Positions 19,095 through 27,565 are shown, counted from the stretch's first letter. The stretch is 64,000 bases of DNA from a virus (IMGVR_UViG_2866360957_000001:1-64000), one strand, 5' to 3'. Numbers and translations are program-made. Notes: generated by a model from the sequence alone, not told the origin.

Positions 19095-19266
19095 TCGCGG
19101 CGGCGGTCAACGCGGCGCTCGCAGCCTGGTGGCTGTACGCGGCCTGCTACGTGGGCCGCCAGCTCACCGTGCCGCTCAATGCCGCCGACTTGACCGTGTT
19201 CCTGCTCTGGACCGGCGCGGCCATTGCCAGCGCCGTCCTAGCCGCCCGCGCCATGGAGGACCGACC

Positions 19267-19461
19267 ATGACCATGATCAAACGCTGCGACGGCTGCGGCT
19301 CGGAGATCCGTGACCGTGACGACTGCGTGACCGTCGTGCGCGACAGCCTGTACGGCGGGGGGATGATCCACGATCCGGTCCTTCCGGATCAGGACAAGCC
19401 ACTGCACTGGTGCCACGGGTGCGCGACGAAGGCCATCACCGCCACGAAGGGAAAGCCGTGA
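19267..19461 (+). CDS. Small Zn-finger protein
   Basis: CDGC...CHGC. Confidence 0.6.
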   Translation: MTMIKRCDGCGSEIRDRDDCVTVVRDSLYGGGMIHDPVLPDQDKPLHWCHGCATKAITATKGKP

Positions 19462-19724
19462 ACGAACCACACCTCACACCCGCTGAGCAGGAGGCGCTCG
19501 ACGCCCGTACGGCCCGCTGGGCACGCATCGCGGGGATCGCCGCCCTCGCGGCCCTGGCCATGGCCGGTGCCGCCATCTGGCTCGGCGACACGCGGTGGGC
19601 CTGGACCGGCGGCCTGGTCATGCTCGCCGCTGGCGGCTTCGGTGCAGCCGCCGCCATGGCCGCATCCCCTGAGACTCGGCGGCGCATGGCCGCTCGCCGT
19701 CGCGCGGACGAGGAGATGCCGTGA
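19458..19724 (+). CDS. Small membrane protein
   Basis: Two hydrophobic helices; GTGA coupling. Confidence 0.6.
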   Translation: MNEPHLTPAEQEALDARTARWARIAGIAALAALAMAGAAIWLGDTRWAWTGGLVMLAAGGFGAAAAMAASPETRRRMAARRRADEEMP

Positions 19725-20098
19725 AATCGCAACCGGTCAAGGTCGAGGTCGATTTGTCCACGATTGAAACGGTGTGCGCCGAGCTGCGTGAGCTGGTCCG
19801 CGAGGCCCACGGCGTCACCGGGGATCTGCGCAAGGCCGTGAAGGACGCCAGACGGACCGTGGAGTCGGACATCGCGCAGACGATGGAGGCCGAGGTGAAG
19901 CGGCAGGTCGCCGAGCTGGGCGAGGTCACCGCCGAGGCGATGCGCAACTCCGTGGCCAAGGTCGGCCGCGAGTTCGATCGATTGGAAGCGATCTTCCTTG
20001 GCGCCGACCCGCAGTCGAAACGCAAAGGGCGGCCGCCGCTGGAGGACCTCATCCGCGAGCACCTCAACTCCACCCGATCCCAGAGAGGAGACACCTGA
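19721..20098 (+). CDS. Hypothetical helical protein
   Basis: GAGGAG RBS, GTGA coupling. Confidence 0.7.
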   Translation: MKSQPVKVEVDLSTIETVCAELRELVREAHGVTGDLRKAVKDARRTVESDIAQTMEAEVKRQVAELGEVTAEAMRNSVAKVGREFDRLEAIFLGADPQSKRKGRPPLEDLIREHLNSTRSQRGDT

Positions 20099-20493
20099 TG
20101 AAGCGGAAGCACGCGCACGAGTACTCACCTGAGGAGTTTGACCGTGCCGTCACGATGATCCAGTCGGACGCGGACCTGCGCGCCGACATCGAGGCCATCA
20201 CCGGACAGAGCCTGGAGGGGAAGACCCCGCGCGAGCTGTTCGATACCTTCCGCTCGATCCAGCATGCCGCCGAGGTCCAGGCCGCCGTGGTCAACTACGG
20301 CCGGGCCCGTCAGGCCGTTCGGGACACCCGGGCCATGCTGGAGGCGGACGCGTCGGCCGAGGAGGCGCTGGGGCTCGCCCGCAAGGAGATCGAGCGCCTG
20401 GAGAAGTCCAACGAGGAACTGAAGCGGAAGAATCAGGCCCTGTCCGCCGGTCAGGGTGCGACGCCACTGCGGGTCGCTGGAGGCCGGGCGTGA
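20098..20493 (+). CDS. Hypothetical protein with C-terminal coiled coil, coupled to the Cas7-like gene
   Basis: GAGGAG RBS; LARKEIERLEKSNEELKRKNQAL heptads; GTGA overlap. Confidence 0.75.
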   Translation: MKRKHAHEYSPEEFDRAVTMIQSDADLRADIEAITGQSLEGKTPRELFDTFRSIQHAAEVQAAVVNYGRARQAVRDTRAMLEADASAEEALGLARKEIERLEKSNEELKRKNQALSAGQGATPLRVAGGRA

Positions 20494-21245
20494 GCGCGGC
20501 CGACATCTTCGGGATCGCTGAGCCGGTCGCCACGTACCGCGTGCGGCTCCAGGTGCACAGCAAGATCGTGGGGGGCGTGCCATCGAGCTCGTCCGTCATC
20601 AAGGGCTGGCTGAAGACGCGCCTCGACCTGGGCGACCGCGACCTCCAGGAGCTGGCGGAGCAGACGTTGCGCGAGCGGTTCCCGGACCGCCAGCCGACCG
20701 CCGACGCGCTCGCCGGGGCGCTCATGGAGTCGGAGGCCGCCGAGCTGTCGGTGAACGGCTTCAAGCGCTTTGGGGACGTCCTGACCTACGAGGCGCGGTG
20801 CATGAAGGCCGCGATCAAGGAAGCGATGAACTCGGCGTATCCCGGCACCGACTGGGACGGAAAGAAGGGGGCCGGTGCCCACAAGCCGAAGATCGGCCAG
20901 CCGCTGCCCGCGAGCTTCCGCAAGGGCCTGATGAGCACCGCCGCTGAGCGCGTGTTCGTGGTCGGCGATGTGCACCGCGACTACATCTCGCTCGGTGTAA
21001 GCGCGCCGAGTGGGATCGAGGAGCGGGTGAAGCACGTCAAGACCCCGCAGGGGCCTAGGTCGTCGATCGCGCGCGTGGAGTACGTCGAGTGCCCGACCTT
21101 GAGTTTCACCGTGCGCGTGCACGACGACTTCCTGTCGCGCGAGGCGTGGGGCCGGATCTGGGTTCGCCTTCAGGACATCGGGATCGGTGCCGACCGCAGT
21201 AGGAGTGATGGGCAGTTCGAGCTGATCACCTGGGAGCGGGTGTGA
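20490..21245 (+). CDS. Stand-alone Cas7/RAMP-superfamily-like protein (251 aa)
   Basis: N-terminal strand YRVRLQVHSKIVGG; LTYEARCMKAAIKEA (cf. RAMP P.IPGSS.KGA.R); thumb-like ERVKHVKTPQGPRSSIARVEYV; C-terminal Gly-rich loop GIGADRSRSDGQFEL. Confidence 0.75.
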   Translation: MSAADIFGIAEPVATYRVRLQVHSKIVGGVPSSSSVIKGWLKTRLDLGDRDLQELAEQTLRERFPDRQPTADALAGALMESEAAELSVNGFKRFGDVLTYEARCMKAAIKEAMNSAYPGTDWDGKKGAGAHKPKIGQPLPASFRKGLMSTAAERVFVVGDVHRDYISLGVSAPSGIEERVKHVKTPQGPRSSIARVEYVECPTLSFTVRVHDDFLSREAWGRIWVRLQDIGIGADRSRSDGQFELITWERV

Positions 21246-21915
21246 GGTTCCGTTCCAGCGACGCCGTATCCGACACGGCTAGCCCAACCATGCTGACAGC
21301 CCACCGTTGCTCTTCGCGGGACGACCTGCCCGGCCCTGCCTCCACGGTCCCGGCCTCACCACGCCGACACCCCAGCTCTAGTCACGCGCCCGCCGCATCG
21401 GCCCGCTTCGACTTGCCTTGCTCGCGTCTGCTCATGCCAGGCCGTCGCACGTCAGCCCAGATCGACACGTCGAGCCGCGTCAACGCCAAGCCCTGTCGCG
21501 CCCGTCCTGTCCGCGCCGACCAGCCTTGCCGGGCCAATCCGCTGCTCTCCGCACCGACTTTTCGAACCCAACCCGCCCATGTCCGGAGCCGTCCATGTCC
21601 ACCCCGTTCGACTGGCCTACCGCTACCCGAAGCCGACTGTCTCCGCGCGACTGCTCTCCCCCAGCCAGGTCCGGCCAAGGCGACATCCCCACCCAGGGCA
21701 TGCCTGCCCGACCTCCCACCTCCATCCTGCCCATGCCGAGCCCCAGCGACAGGCCGTACCCAGCCTTTCCTGGCCCGGCGACACGTCATGCCGAGTCCCG
21801 GCGACAGGCCGTACCCAGCCTTTCCTGACCCTGCGACACGTCATGCCGAGCCCTGACGGGCGCGGACCGACCCACCCCGACACGCCGATCCTCACCTCAC
21901 CCATCCGGCCCACCT
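21246..21915. ncRNA. Pentamer-periodic array (NN-RCC/NYC)n punctuated by GAC; candidate guide-RNA array; transcribed strand unknown
   Basis: e.g. GAC ct-gcc cg-gcc ct-gcc tc-cac gg-tcc cg-gcc tc-acc ac-gcc GAC (21323-21368) and GAC ca-gcc tt-gcc gg-gcc aa-tcc gc-tgc tc-tcc gc-acc GAC (21518-21558); fills the gap from the Cas7-like stop to the next RBS. Confidence 0.75.
21748..21857 (+). repeat. 55-bp tandem duplication inside the array
   Basis: GACAGGCCGTACCCAGCCTTTCCTG...GCGACACGTCATGCCGAG at 21748 and 21803. Confidence 0.9.
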
Positions 21916-21925
21916 GGAGGTGCCC

Positions 21926-22243
21926 ATGACCGACTTGCGCCAGCGGTACGCCGCGGCGATGCTCGACAACATCTATCCGCCCGAAGAGATCACCGAGCGG
22001 GCGACCTACTGTGGGCGGGTCTTCCCCGCCATAGAGCGCATTCTTGCCGTACGCGACCAAGAGGCCGAGCGGCACCGCATCGAACTGGCGGCTGTGCGCG
22101 AAGCTCAGGATCGCGCCACACGGGCCGAAGCCGCCCTTGCCCGCGCTCTGGCGGTCTGCGGCCAGGCTCTGGCCACACCCGACGCCCCGGATCGCTGGTT
22201 TGTCGCCGCGCAGGTGAAGGCCGCCATCGAGGGGCGGCCGTGA
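21926..22243 (+). CDS. Hypothetical protein
   Basis: GGAGG RBS. Confidence 0.65.
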   Translation: MTDLRQRYAAAMLDNIYPPEEITERATYCGRVFPAIERILAVRDQEAERHRIELAAVREAQDRATRAEAALARALAVCGQALATPDAPDRWFVAAQVKAAIEGRP

Positions 22244-22560
22244 TCGCGCTGATCGTGCTGGGCGCGCTGGTCGTCTACGCGGCGGGATTCATGGCCACAG
22301 CCCGTGTGATGGCCGCTGTGGACCGCCGCGCGCATATGGAGCCTGACGAGGGTTTGATCACGCTGGTGGCCGCCGGTTGGCCCATCTTTGCTCCCGTCTG
22401 TCTCGTGCTCTTGATCGGAAGGCTGCTGTACCGCCTGGCCACGCGCGATGCCGGGATTCCTCGCGCCGAACGCCGCCGCCGGCAACTTGCCGAGCGACAG
22501 TCGGAGATCGCCGACCTGGAGCGCTGGCACGCCGCGTTCGACCACCGGGAGGATGGATGA
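22240..22560 (+). CDS. Membrane protein
   Basis: Two hydrophobic helices, GTGA coupling. Confidence 0.65.
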   Translation: MIALIVLGALVVYAAGFMATARVMAAVDRRAHMEPDEGLITLVAAGWPIFAPVCLVLLIGRLLYRLATRDAGIPRAERRRRQLAERQSEIADLERWHAAFDHREDG

Positions 22561-23195
22561 CCCCAGCCGAGGAGGTGCCCGCCCTCGTGGCCGAACTCAG
22601 GCCGCTGCTCGACCAGCTCGCCGAGCTGCTGCCCGAGCAGGTCGCCGATGCAGCGCGGGGAAGCGCGCAGCACCACAAGGTCACCGGCAGCCCCGCACCG
22701 TGGCACCCCGAGGCCGGTCCGGTGCTGCTCACCATCCACGCGGGGGTGCGCGAGCTGGAGCAGGATCTGCGGTATCACGTCGCCGGGCACACGGGAGCGG
22801 CCCGGGGCGGGTCCGATGCCAACACCGCGGCGGCGCTCGACTCGATCGAGCGCCTGGTCCACGGCGTGCCGGACGACGTGGCCCGGGACGCGGCGCGCCG
22901 CCTCGGTCGCTGGGTCGAGCGGGCCCGCCAGGTCCGCGACGTGGGGGAGTCCGAGCGGTGGATCCCCATCCACGTACCGAAGGGCCAGATCCCGCCCGCC
23001 TGCCCGTACTGCCGTACGTACAGCCTGCGGGTTGCGCAGGAGTCCGGGCGGGTGCGCTGCGCCAACCCACGCTGCACGGACGAACGAGGCGAGCGGCCGT
23101 CTGGCCGCATCGACAAGAACCAGATCAACGGAGATGCGATGCTCATCTGGCAGGACGGCCGAACGATCTACTACAGCCCCAGGGAGGCATCATGA
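22557..23195 (+). CDS. Phage protein with C-terminal Zn ribbon (possible late regulator)
   Basis: CPYC...CANPRC. Confidence 0.7.
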   Translation: MTPAEEVPALVAELRPLLDQLAELLPEQVADAARGSAQHHKVTGSPAPWHPEAGPVLLTIHAGVRELEQDLRYHVAGHTGAARGGSDANTAAALDSIERLVHGVPDDVARDAARRLGRWVERARQVRDVGESERWIPIHVPKGQIPPACPYCRTYSLRVAQESGRVRCANPRCTDERGERPSGRIDKNQINGDAMLIWQDGRTIYYSPREAS

Positions 23196-23398
23196 GCGAC
23201 GGTAGGCGGAGGCGAGCTGAGCTGCACAGAGCAATGGCCGCTCAGCACTCCCTGATCGCGGCGACCCTCGGTGTCACTGCGGCCTTCCAGGATGTGATCA
23301 GCGCGGCGCGAGACGGAGACGCTCGCGACATCGCCGCTCACCCGGATCTGGCGTACCTGGACGTCCAGATGGACGGCTTTTATGGGGAGGTGTCGTGA
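23192..23398 (+). CDS. Hypothetical protein
   Basis: GGAGG RBS, ATGA coupling. Confidence 0.55.
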   Translation: MSDGRRRRAELHRAMAAQHSLIAATLGVTAAFQDVISAARDGDARDIAAHPDLAYLDVQMDGFYGEVS

Positions 23399-23634
23399 TC
23401 TGCAAGCCGTGTGCCGCCATGGCTGACCTCGGCATGTCCGGCGAGTGGCACACCAACGGACAGTACGCCGGACAGTGCAACGACGAGTGCCCCGGCGGAA
23501 CCTGGTGCGACTGCCAGCACCGGCCACCAAGGCTCGTGCTCGTCGCGCAGGGCGCGCCAGCAGCGCCGACCGCAGAGCAGATCGCCGCCGGGACCGGCAT
23601 CGCCGAGCACCTCGCCTTCATCGAGGCGTCTTGA
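23395..23634 (+). CDS. Cys-rich hypothetical protein
   Basis: MICKPC...CPGGTWCDCQH. Confidence 0.6.
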   Translation: MICKPCAAMADLGMSGEWHTNGQYAGQCNDECPGGTWCDCQHRPPRLVLVAQGAPAAPTAEQIAAGTGIAEHLAFIEAS

Positions 23635-24140
23635 GTCACGACGACATCCGGGCGCGCCTGGCCGCCGTCCAGGGCATCGAATGGAGGATCGAGCGTGAGC
23701 GCGGTGAGGAGTACTACGGCGACTGGTTGAATGTTGGTCCCGTGAAGCTGATGACCACGTTCAGCCCGGGGCCGCGCGATGCTGCGACCACCTCCCAGGC
23801 GGAGGCGGTCGCTGAGTTCATCCGGCCCGCCGCCGCCGACATTCGCCGCCTGCTCGATGCGGAGGAGGGCCTTGTGGAGAATGAGATCTACGGCCCGCCG
23901 CCCGCGCCCGACCGCGGCGAGCCGGCCCGCCTGCTCGCCGACGCCATCGAGGTGCTGCGCCCCGACGGCAGCGCGGTCAGGATAGACCTCGTGGCCTTCG
24001 CCAATATCGCCCTGGCGGCGCAGCGGGAGAATGTTGGGCTGCACGCCGAGATCGACACCCTGAAACGGCGATTGGACAACCAAAAGGATCGTCAGCAGCG
24101 CGCGGGAGAACTCCTGGCGTGGCGGGGAGACGCTTGGTGA
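23631..24140 (+). CDS. Hypothetical protein
   Basis: TTGA coupling. Confidence 0.55.
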   Translation: MSHDDIRARLAAVQGIEWRIERERGEEYYGDWLNVGPVKLMTTFSPGPRDAATTSQAEAVAEFIRPAAADIRRLLDAEEGLVENEIYGPPPAPDRGEPARLLADAIEVLRPDGSAVRIDLVAFANIALAAQRENVGLHAEIDTLKRRLDNQKDRQQRAGELLAWRGDAW

Positions 24141-24411
24141 GCGGCAAGCTCTGGCTCATCGACGGAACGGGAGCTCTCCGGCAGGACCGCGACCCGTACG
24201 ACTGGGATCGGGGGGGAGGACATTCCGAACCCTCCGGTCGTCGCGATCGTCCGGGAGCTCCTCCTGGCCGGACACCGAAGTGAAGCGCGAGATGTACGAG
24301 AGGCACTTCGTGGGGCGGGTGTTCGGCGTGATCGACGACCGCGCCTCGGTGGTGGCCATGTGGCGAAGCCTGGACCTGACCGTCGTCCAAGTTGCAGAAG
24401 GGGCATTTTGA
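24137..24411 (+). pseudogene. Decayed PNK-type 3'-phosphatase (HAD) gene
   Basis: Pieces in three frames: WLIDGT...RDPYDWDR / GEDIPNPPVVAIVR / DTEVKREMY...VIDDRASVVAMWRSLDLTVVQVAEGAF*. Confidence 0.7.
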
Positions 24412-24656
24412 TGAACGACCAGCCTGACCTCGCCAAGATCTTCGCCGAAGCTGGCGCGAAGCTCCAGCAAGGGCTACAGCAAGCGGGCAACACCCTCACT
24501 GTGCAGGGCGCGATGGGCTGGGCCTACCGTGGCGACCTGGAGAAGCTCGCGGCCGCCCTGCGCGGCATGAGCACCGAGCAACTCCGCGAGGTGTCGGCCG
24601 CCGCGGCATTGCTCGCCTCGACCGCTGACGAGGAACTGGCCGGCCGGGATGGATGA
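24411..24656 (+). CDS. Hypothetical protein
   Basis: TGATG coupling. Confidence 0.6.
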   Translation: MNDQPDLAKIFAEAGAKLQQGLQQAGNTLTVQGAMGWAYRGDLEKLAAALRGMSTEQLREVSAAAALLASTADEELAGRDG

Positions 24657-25131
24657 GCTCTCACAGTTCGTCTCCGCCCGCCTGGACGAGGACGCCCAGG
24701 CGGCCGAGACGCTGTTGGGAGCGGACGCGCGCATCGGCCTCAAGCGGGGCGTGCCCGCGCCCCGCTGGGAGTACCAGACGGGCGGCATGATCCGGGGCAC
24801 CGATGGCACTCTGCACGTCCGGTTCACGTGGGTGCGGGAGGCCGAGCACATCGTCCGGCACGACCCGGCCCGGGTGCTCCGTGATGTCGAGGCCAAGCGG
24901 CGGATCCTCGATGAGCACGCCATCGTGTATCGGGATGTCGTCTGGCTGGAAGATGACGGCGAGGGGTTCGAGGAGCGGTCTGCCGAGCTTCCTGTCTGCG
25001 GCCGATGCGTTTCAAAGAACGCAGCGTTCCACAGCCGTGGCGACGTTCCCGAGGGGCCGTGCGTTACTGTGCACCTGCTCGCACTTCCGCACGACGGCCA
25101 TCCCGATTACCAGGAGGAGTGGCGGCCATGA
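24649..25131 (+). CDS. DUF6221-like protein
   Basis: FVSARLDED...HIVRHDPARVLRDVEAKRRIL...LLALP.D.HPDY.EEWRP. Confidence 0.8.
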   Translation: MDELSQFVSARLDEDAQAAETLLGADARIGLKRGVPAPRWEYQTGGMIRGTDGTLHVRFTWVREAEHIVRHDPARVLRDVEAKRRILDEHAIVYRDVVWLEDDGEGFEERSAELPVCGRCVSKNAAFHSRGDVPEGPCVTVHLLALPHDGHPDYQEEWRP

Positions 25132-25276
25132 CGGGGCTACACGGGGGCGGAAACTGGGAGGGCGGGTATATCGACGCGTGGGGGCGTCGATGGGTCCATA
25201 TTCCGTATCAGGGCTGGCGTCGCGACGATCGATGGGTGTACCTCCAGTCGCGAGCCTCCAGGGGGCGGCGTCGTAC

Positions 25277-25546
25277 GTGACTCACACGCCTACCGCCGCC
25301 TGTCGAGAGGTGCACTGCTACTCGCATGGCGTGGACGAGCCCGGCCCGCACTACCTGATCTGCTTGGAGTGCGGGCACGGGTTTCCGACCGCTGACGCGC
25401 TTCTTGCCGATCGCGCGGCGCTGGTGGAACGGCTGAACGCCAGCCTGCCACCACCGCCATGGGATCCGGCCTTCGAGGGGCCCATCGAGCCCGACGGCGA
25501 CCCCGAGAAGATCACCTATTGCCCGCATTGCACGCACGATTTCTAG
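25277..25546 (+). CDS. Zn-finger hypothetical protein
   Basis: CLECGH...CPHCTHDF. Confidence 0.6.
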   Translation: MTHTPTAACREVHCYSHGVDEPGPHYLICLECGHGFPTADALLADRAALVERLNASLPPPPWDPAFEGPIEPDGDPEKITYCPHCTHDF

Positions 25547-25668
25547 ACGGACGACCGAAAATCCGGTTACGACTTGGACGAGTATCGCGGCAGAGACTTG
25601 ACGAGCACATAGAGGTGCAGGAACGTGCCAATGCAACAAAAGGCACATCCGCGTATTGGAGGGCCTCG

Positions 25669-25968
25669 ATGGGCGATTCACCGTCGATGCCGACACCGAC
25701 ATGGCGCAGGGCGATCAAGGTGCGTCCGCTGCCCGACTACCTTCGTGAGCGCTGGGACGAAGAAGAGGCCGAACTCGACCGACTCCTCGGCATGAGACGT
25801 CCGCAGCGCTACATCCGCATCCACGGCGAACGCATGAGGGCCGACATCTTCGCCAAACGGAAGATCCTCGCCGAGTGCGAGAACATGGACAGCAACCTCG
25901 CCCGCCTCGTGCTCACGCTCTTAGCCGAGCCGTACGCCGACCGGCTTGACGGACCGGCGCGCTCATGA
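25669..25968 (+). CDS. Short DUF6221-like paralogue
   Basis: YLRERWDEEE...RADIFAKRKIL...LLAEPYADR. Confidence 0.6.
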   Translation: MGDSPSMPTPTWRRAIKVRPLPDYLRERWDEEEAELDRLLGMRRPQRYIRIHGERMRADIFAKRKILAECENMDSNLARLVLTLLAEPYADRLDGPARS

Positions 25969-26273
25969 GCGAGCGGGACCGGCTGGCCGTGGTCAAGGCC
26001 AGCCTCAAGGAGCAGCGCGACCTCGTGGTCTGCCTGGAACCGCGCGCGGACCATGACGCGTGGTGGCGACAGCATCTGCGCGGACTTCGCGGCGCGATCG
26101 AAGCCAGCGAGGCGCACCTCGCGGTGTATGAGCGGCTCGCCTCGGAGGGCGAGCGGGCGTCCGCGGCGGCGGCCTTGAGCCTGCTCGAACTGGAGCAGGC
26201 CGCGATGAAGGAATGGCACGATATCGTCGTCAGCCGTCCCGGGTGGGCGGCTGGCCCGCCAGTCGGCCGATGA
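25965..26273 (+). CDS. Hypothetical protein
   Basis: ATGA coupling. Confidence 0.55.
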   Translation: MSERDRLAVVKASLKEQRDLVVCLEPRADHDAWWRQHLRGLRGAIEASEAHLAVYERLASEGERASAAAALSLLELEQAAMKEWHDIVVSRPGWAAGPPVGR

Positions 26274-26350
26274 CCGGCCCGCTTCCTCAAGGTGGCCACC
26301 GATGACTAAGCGGGTTCTACAGTGAAACCAGTTGTAGCTGCGAGGAGATC

Positions 26351-26566
26351 ATGACCGAGGTCCGCGTCAACATCACCGTGGGGGACACCGCGGAAGTGAC
26401 GACCCCCAGGCATCCGTACACCGCACCACTGCGCATCCCTGCCGCCCGGATCGCACAGCAGGCCGGCCTGCCCGCATCCGAGTTGCCAGGCCGCCGCTTC
26501 ACCGTGGCGGCCCTGACCGATCAGGACGCGGACGGCTTCACGCTCCTGGACGACCCCCGCGTCTGA
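26351..26566 (+). CDS. Small protein X (paralogue of 28780-29031)
   Basis: GAGGAG RBS; AEVTTPRHP...PLRIPA...LPGRRF. Confidence 0.7.
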   Translation: MTEVRVNITVGDTAEVTTPRHPYTAPLRIPAARIAQQAGLPASELPGRRFTVAALTDQDADGFTLLDDPRV

Positions 26567-27003
26567 GAGGTCCCGCGCGGTCGGCCGCCGCCGACGCCCC
26601 GCCCCGGCCGTGCGGCGATGACGCGGTCCAGAGTGGACCGCTTGATGTGGGCCACACCGTACACGTCCACCCAGCCAGGCAATCGGCCCACTGCGCGGTC
26701 GTGCCGTACGGCCGCGTAGGTGACCCCCAGGGCGTCGGCGGCGTCCTGTTCATCGAGCAGGTCGCCGGGGTGCTCGCGTGTGCCCTGGGGCCAGACCGGC
26801 AGCTCGCGGCCGTCGCGTACGGCCTCGACTTGAGCGCGGTCGTAGAGCAGCGTCCGGCGGCCCTCGTTCAGTGGGCGCAGGCCGAACGCCTTGGCGCCGC
26901 CCTTGTTGCTCCAGGTCTTGTGGCTGATGCCCAGGATCTCGGCGGCGCCCCGCCCGTCCACCACGTCTCTTCCGTTCGGGATCACCTCTAAACGATACCG
27001 CAC
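26521..27003 (-). CDS. Tandem AlpA/MerR-like HTH DNA-binding protein
   Basis: GAAEILGISHKTW and DLLDEQDAADALGVTYAAVR; GRP basic tail. Confidence 0.75.
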   Translation of the reverse strand: MRYRLEVIPNGRDVVDGRGAAEILGISHKTWSNKGGAKAFGLRPLNEGRRTLLYDRAQVEAVRDGRELPVWPQGTREHPGDLLDEQDAADALGVTYAAVRHDRAVGRLPGWVDVYGVAHIKRSTLDRVIAARPGRGVGGGRPRGTSQTRGSSRSVKPSAS

Positions 27004-27099
27004 TCATGCCCCTTTTGGGAAGCCGAGAGAGTCGCCGGATCTGGTCACACGGATGCGTACCGAATCCAAAACTTATAAGCAGTTAGTGCCCGAAACTGC

Positions 27100-27180
27100 T
27101 TCCATTCGGGGTGTGAATGCGGTATAGTTTTTCTTGTCGGAAGGGGGTCGGAACCCCACCCGACAGCAGGTTGAAAACTC
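27100..27180 (+). promoter_or_regulatory. Promoter plus structured 5' leader, copy 1
   Basis: -10 TATAGT (27123-27128), 6 nt, then 46-nt element TGTCGG-AA-GGGGGT-CGGA-ACCCC-AC-CCGACA-GCAGGTTGAAAACTC (27135-27180). Confidence 0.7.
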
Positions 27181-27193
27181 AAGAGAGGAGATC

Positions 27194-27556
27194 GTGGTGG
27201 AAGACCACGACCCGCTGGCCTGGCTGGGTGCTCTGCTCATGAGCGCCTACGCGACACTCGGCAAGTTCATGTGGAGCCTGCCGGTGCCCACCGGGCTCCC
27301 GGTCCCCGAAGGGCCGGACGGCCCCGACGCCGTAGAGGCGATCACCAGGGCGCGAGCTGCCTTGCGTGACCAGCCCATGGACGACATCACCAGGTCCATG
27401 ATCGACCGGATGTGCCTCGAATGGCTCACCGTCCTGGACCTGGGCGCTGTGGTCCGCATGGCGGGTCCTGATCCGTGGCGGCTGGAGGCGATGTCCTACG
27501 GGATCGACCGCTTCTTTGCCTTGGCGGAAGTCGTAGGCCCCCGGCTCGAAGAGTGA
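27194..27556 (+). CDS. Helical protein Y (paralogue of 28250-28627)
   Basis: GAGGAG RBS; LPVPTGLP...RAR.AL..QP.D...WRLEA. Confidence 0.7.
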   Translation: MVEDHDPLAWLGALLMSAYATLGKFMWSLPVPTGLPVPEGPDGPDAVEAITRARAALRDQPMDDITRSMIDRMCLEWLTVLDLGAVVRMAGPDPWRLEAMSYGIDRFFALAEVVGPRLEE

Positions 27557-27565
27557 GCCGTCGCT

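Noticed and set aside
21246-21915. Canonical CRISPR array
   Set aside because: No 23-47 nt identical repeats with unique spacers, and no cas1, cas2, cas5 or cas6 in the window
21242-21929. ORFs on both strands over the array (21242-21856, 21382-21789, 21418-21828, 21579-21929)
   Set aside because: Pro/Arg/Ser or Gly/Arg low-complexity products in several frames; the periodicity is 5, not 3. 21242-21856 does have a GTGA overlap, so translation is not strictly excluded.
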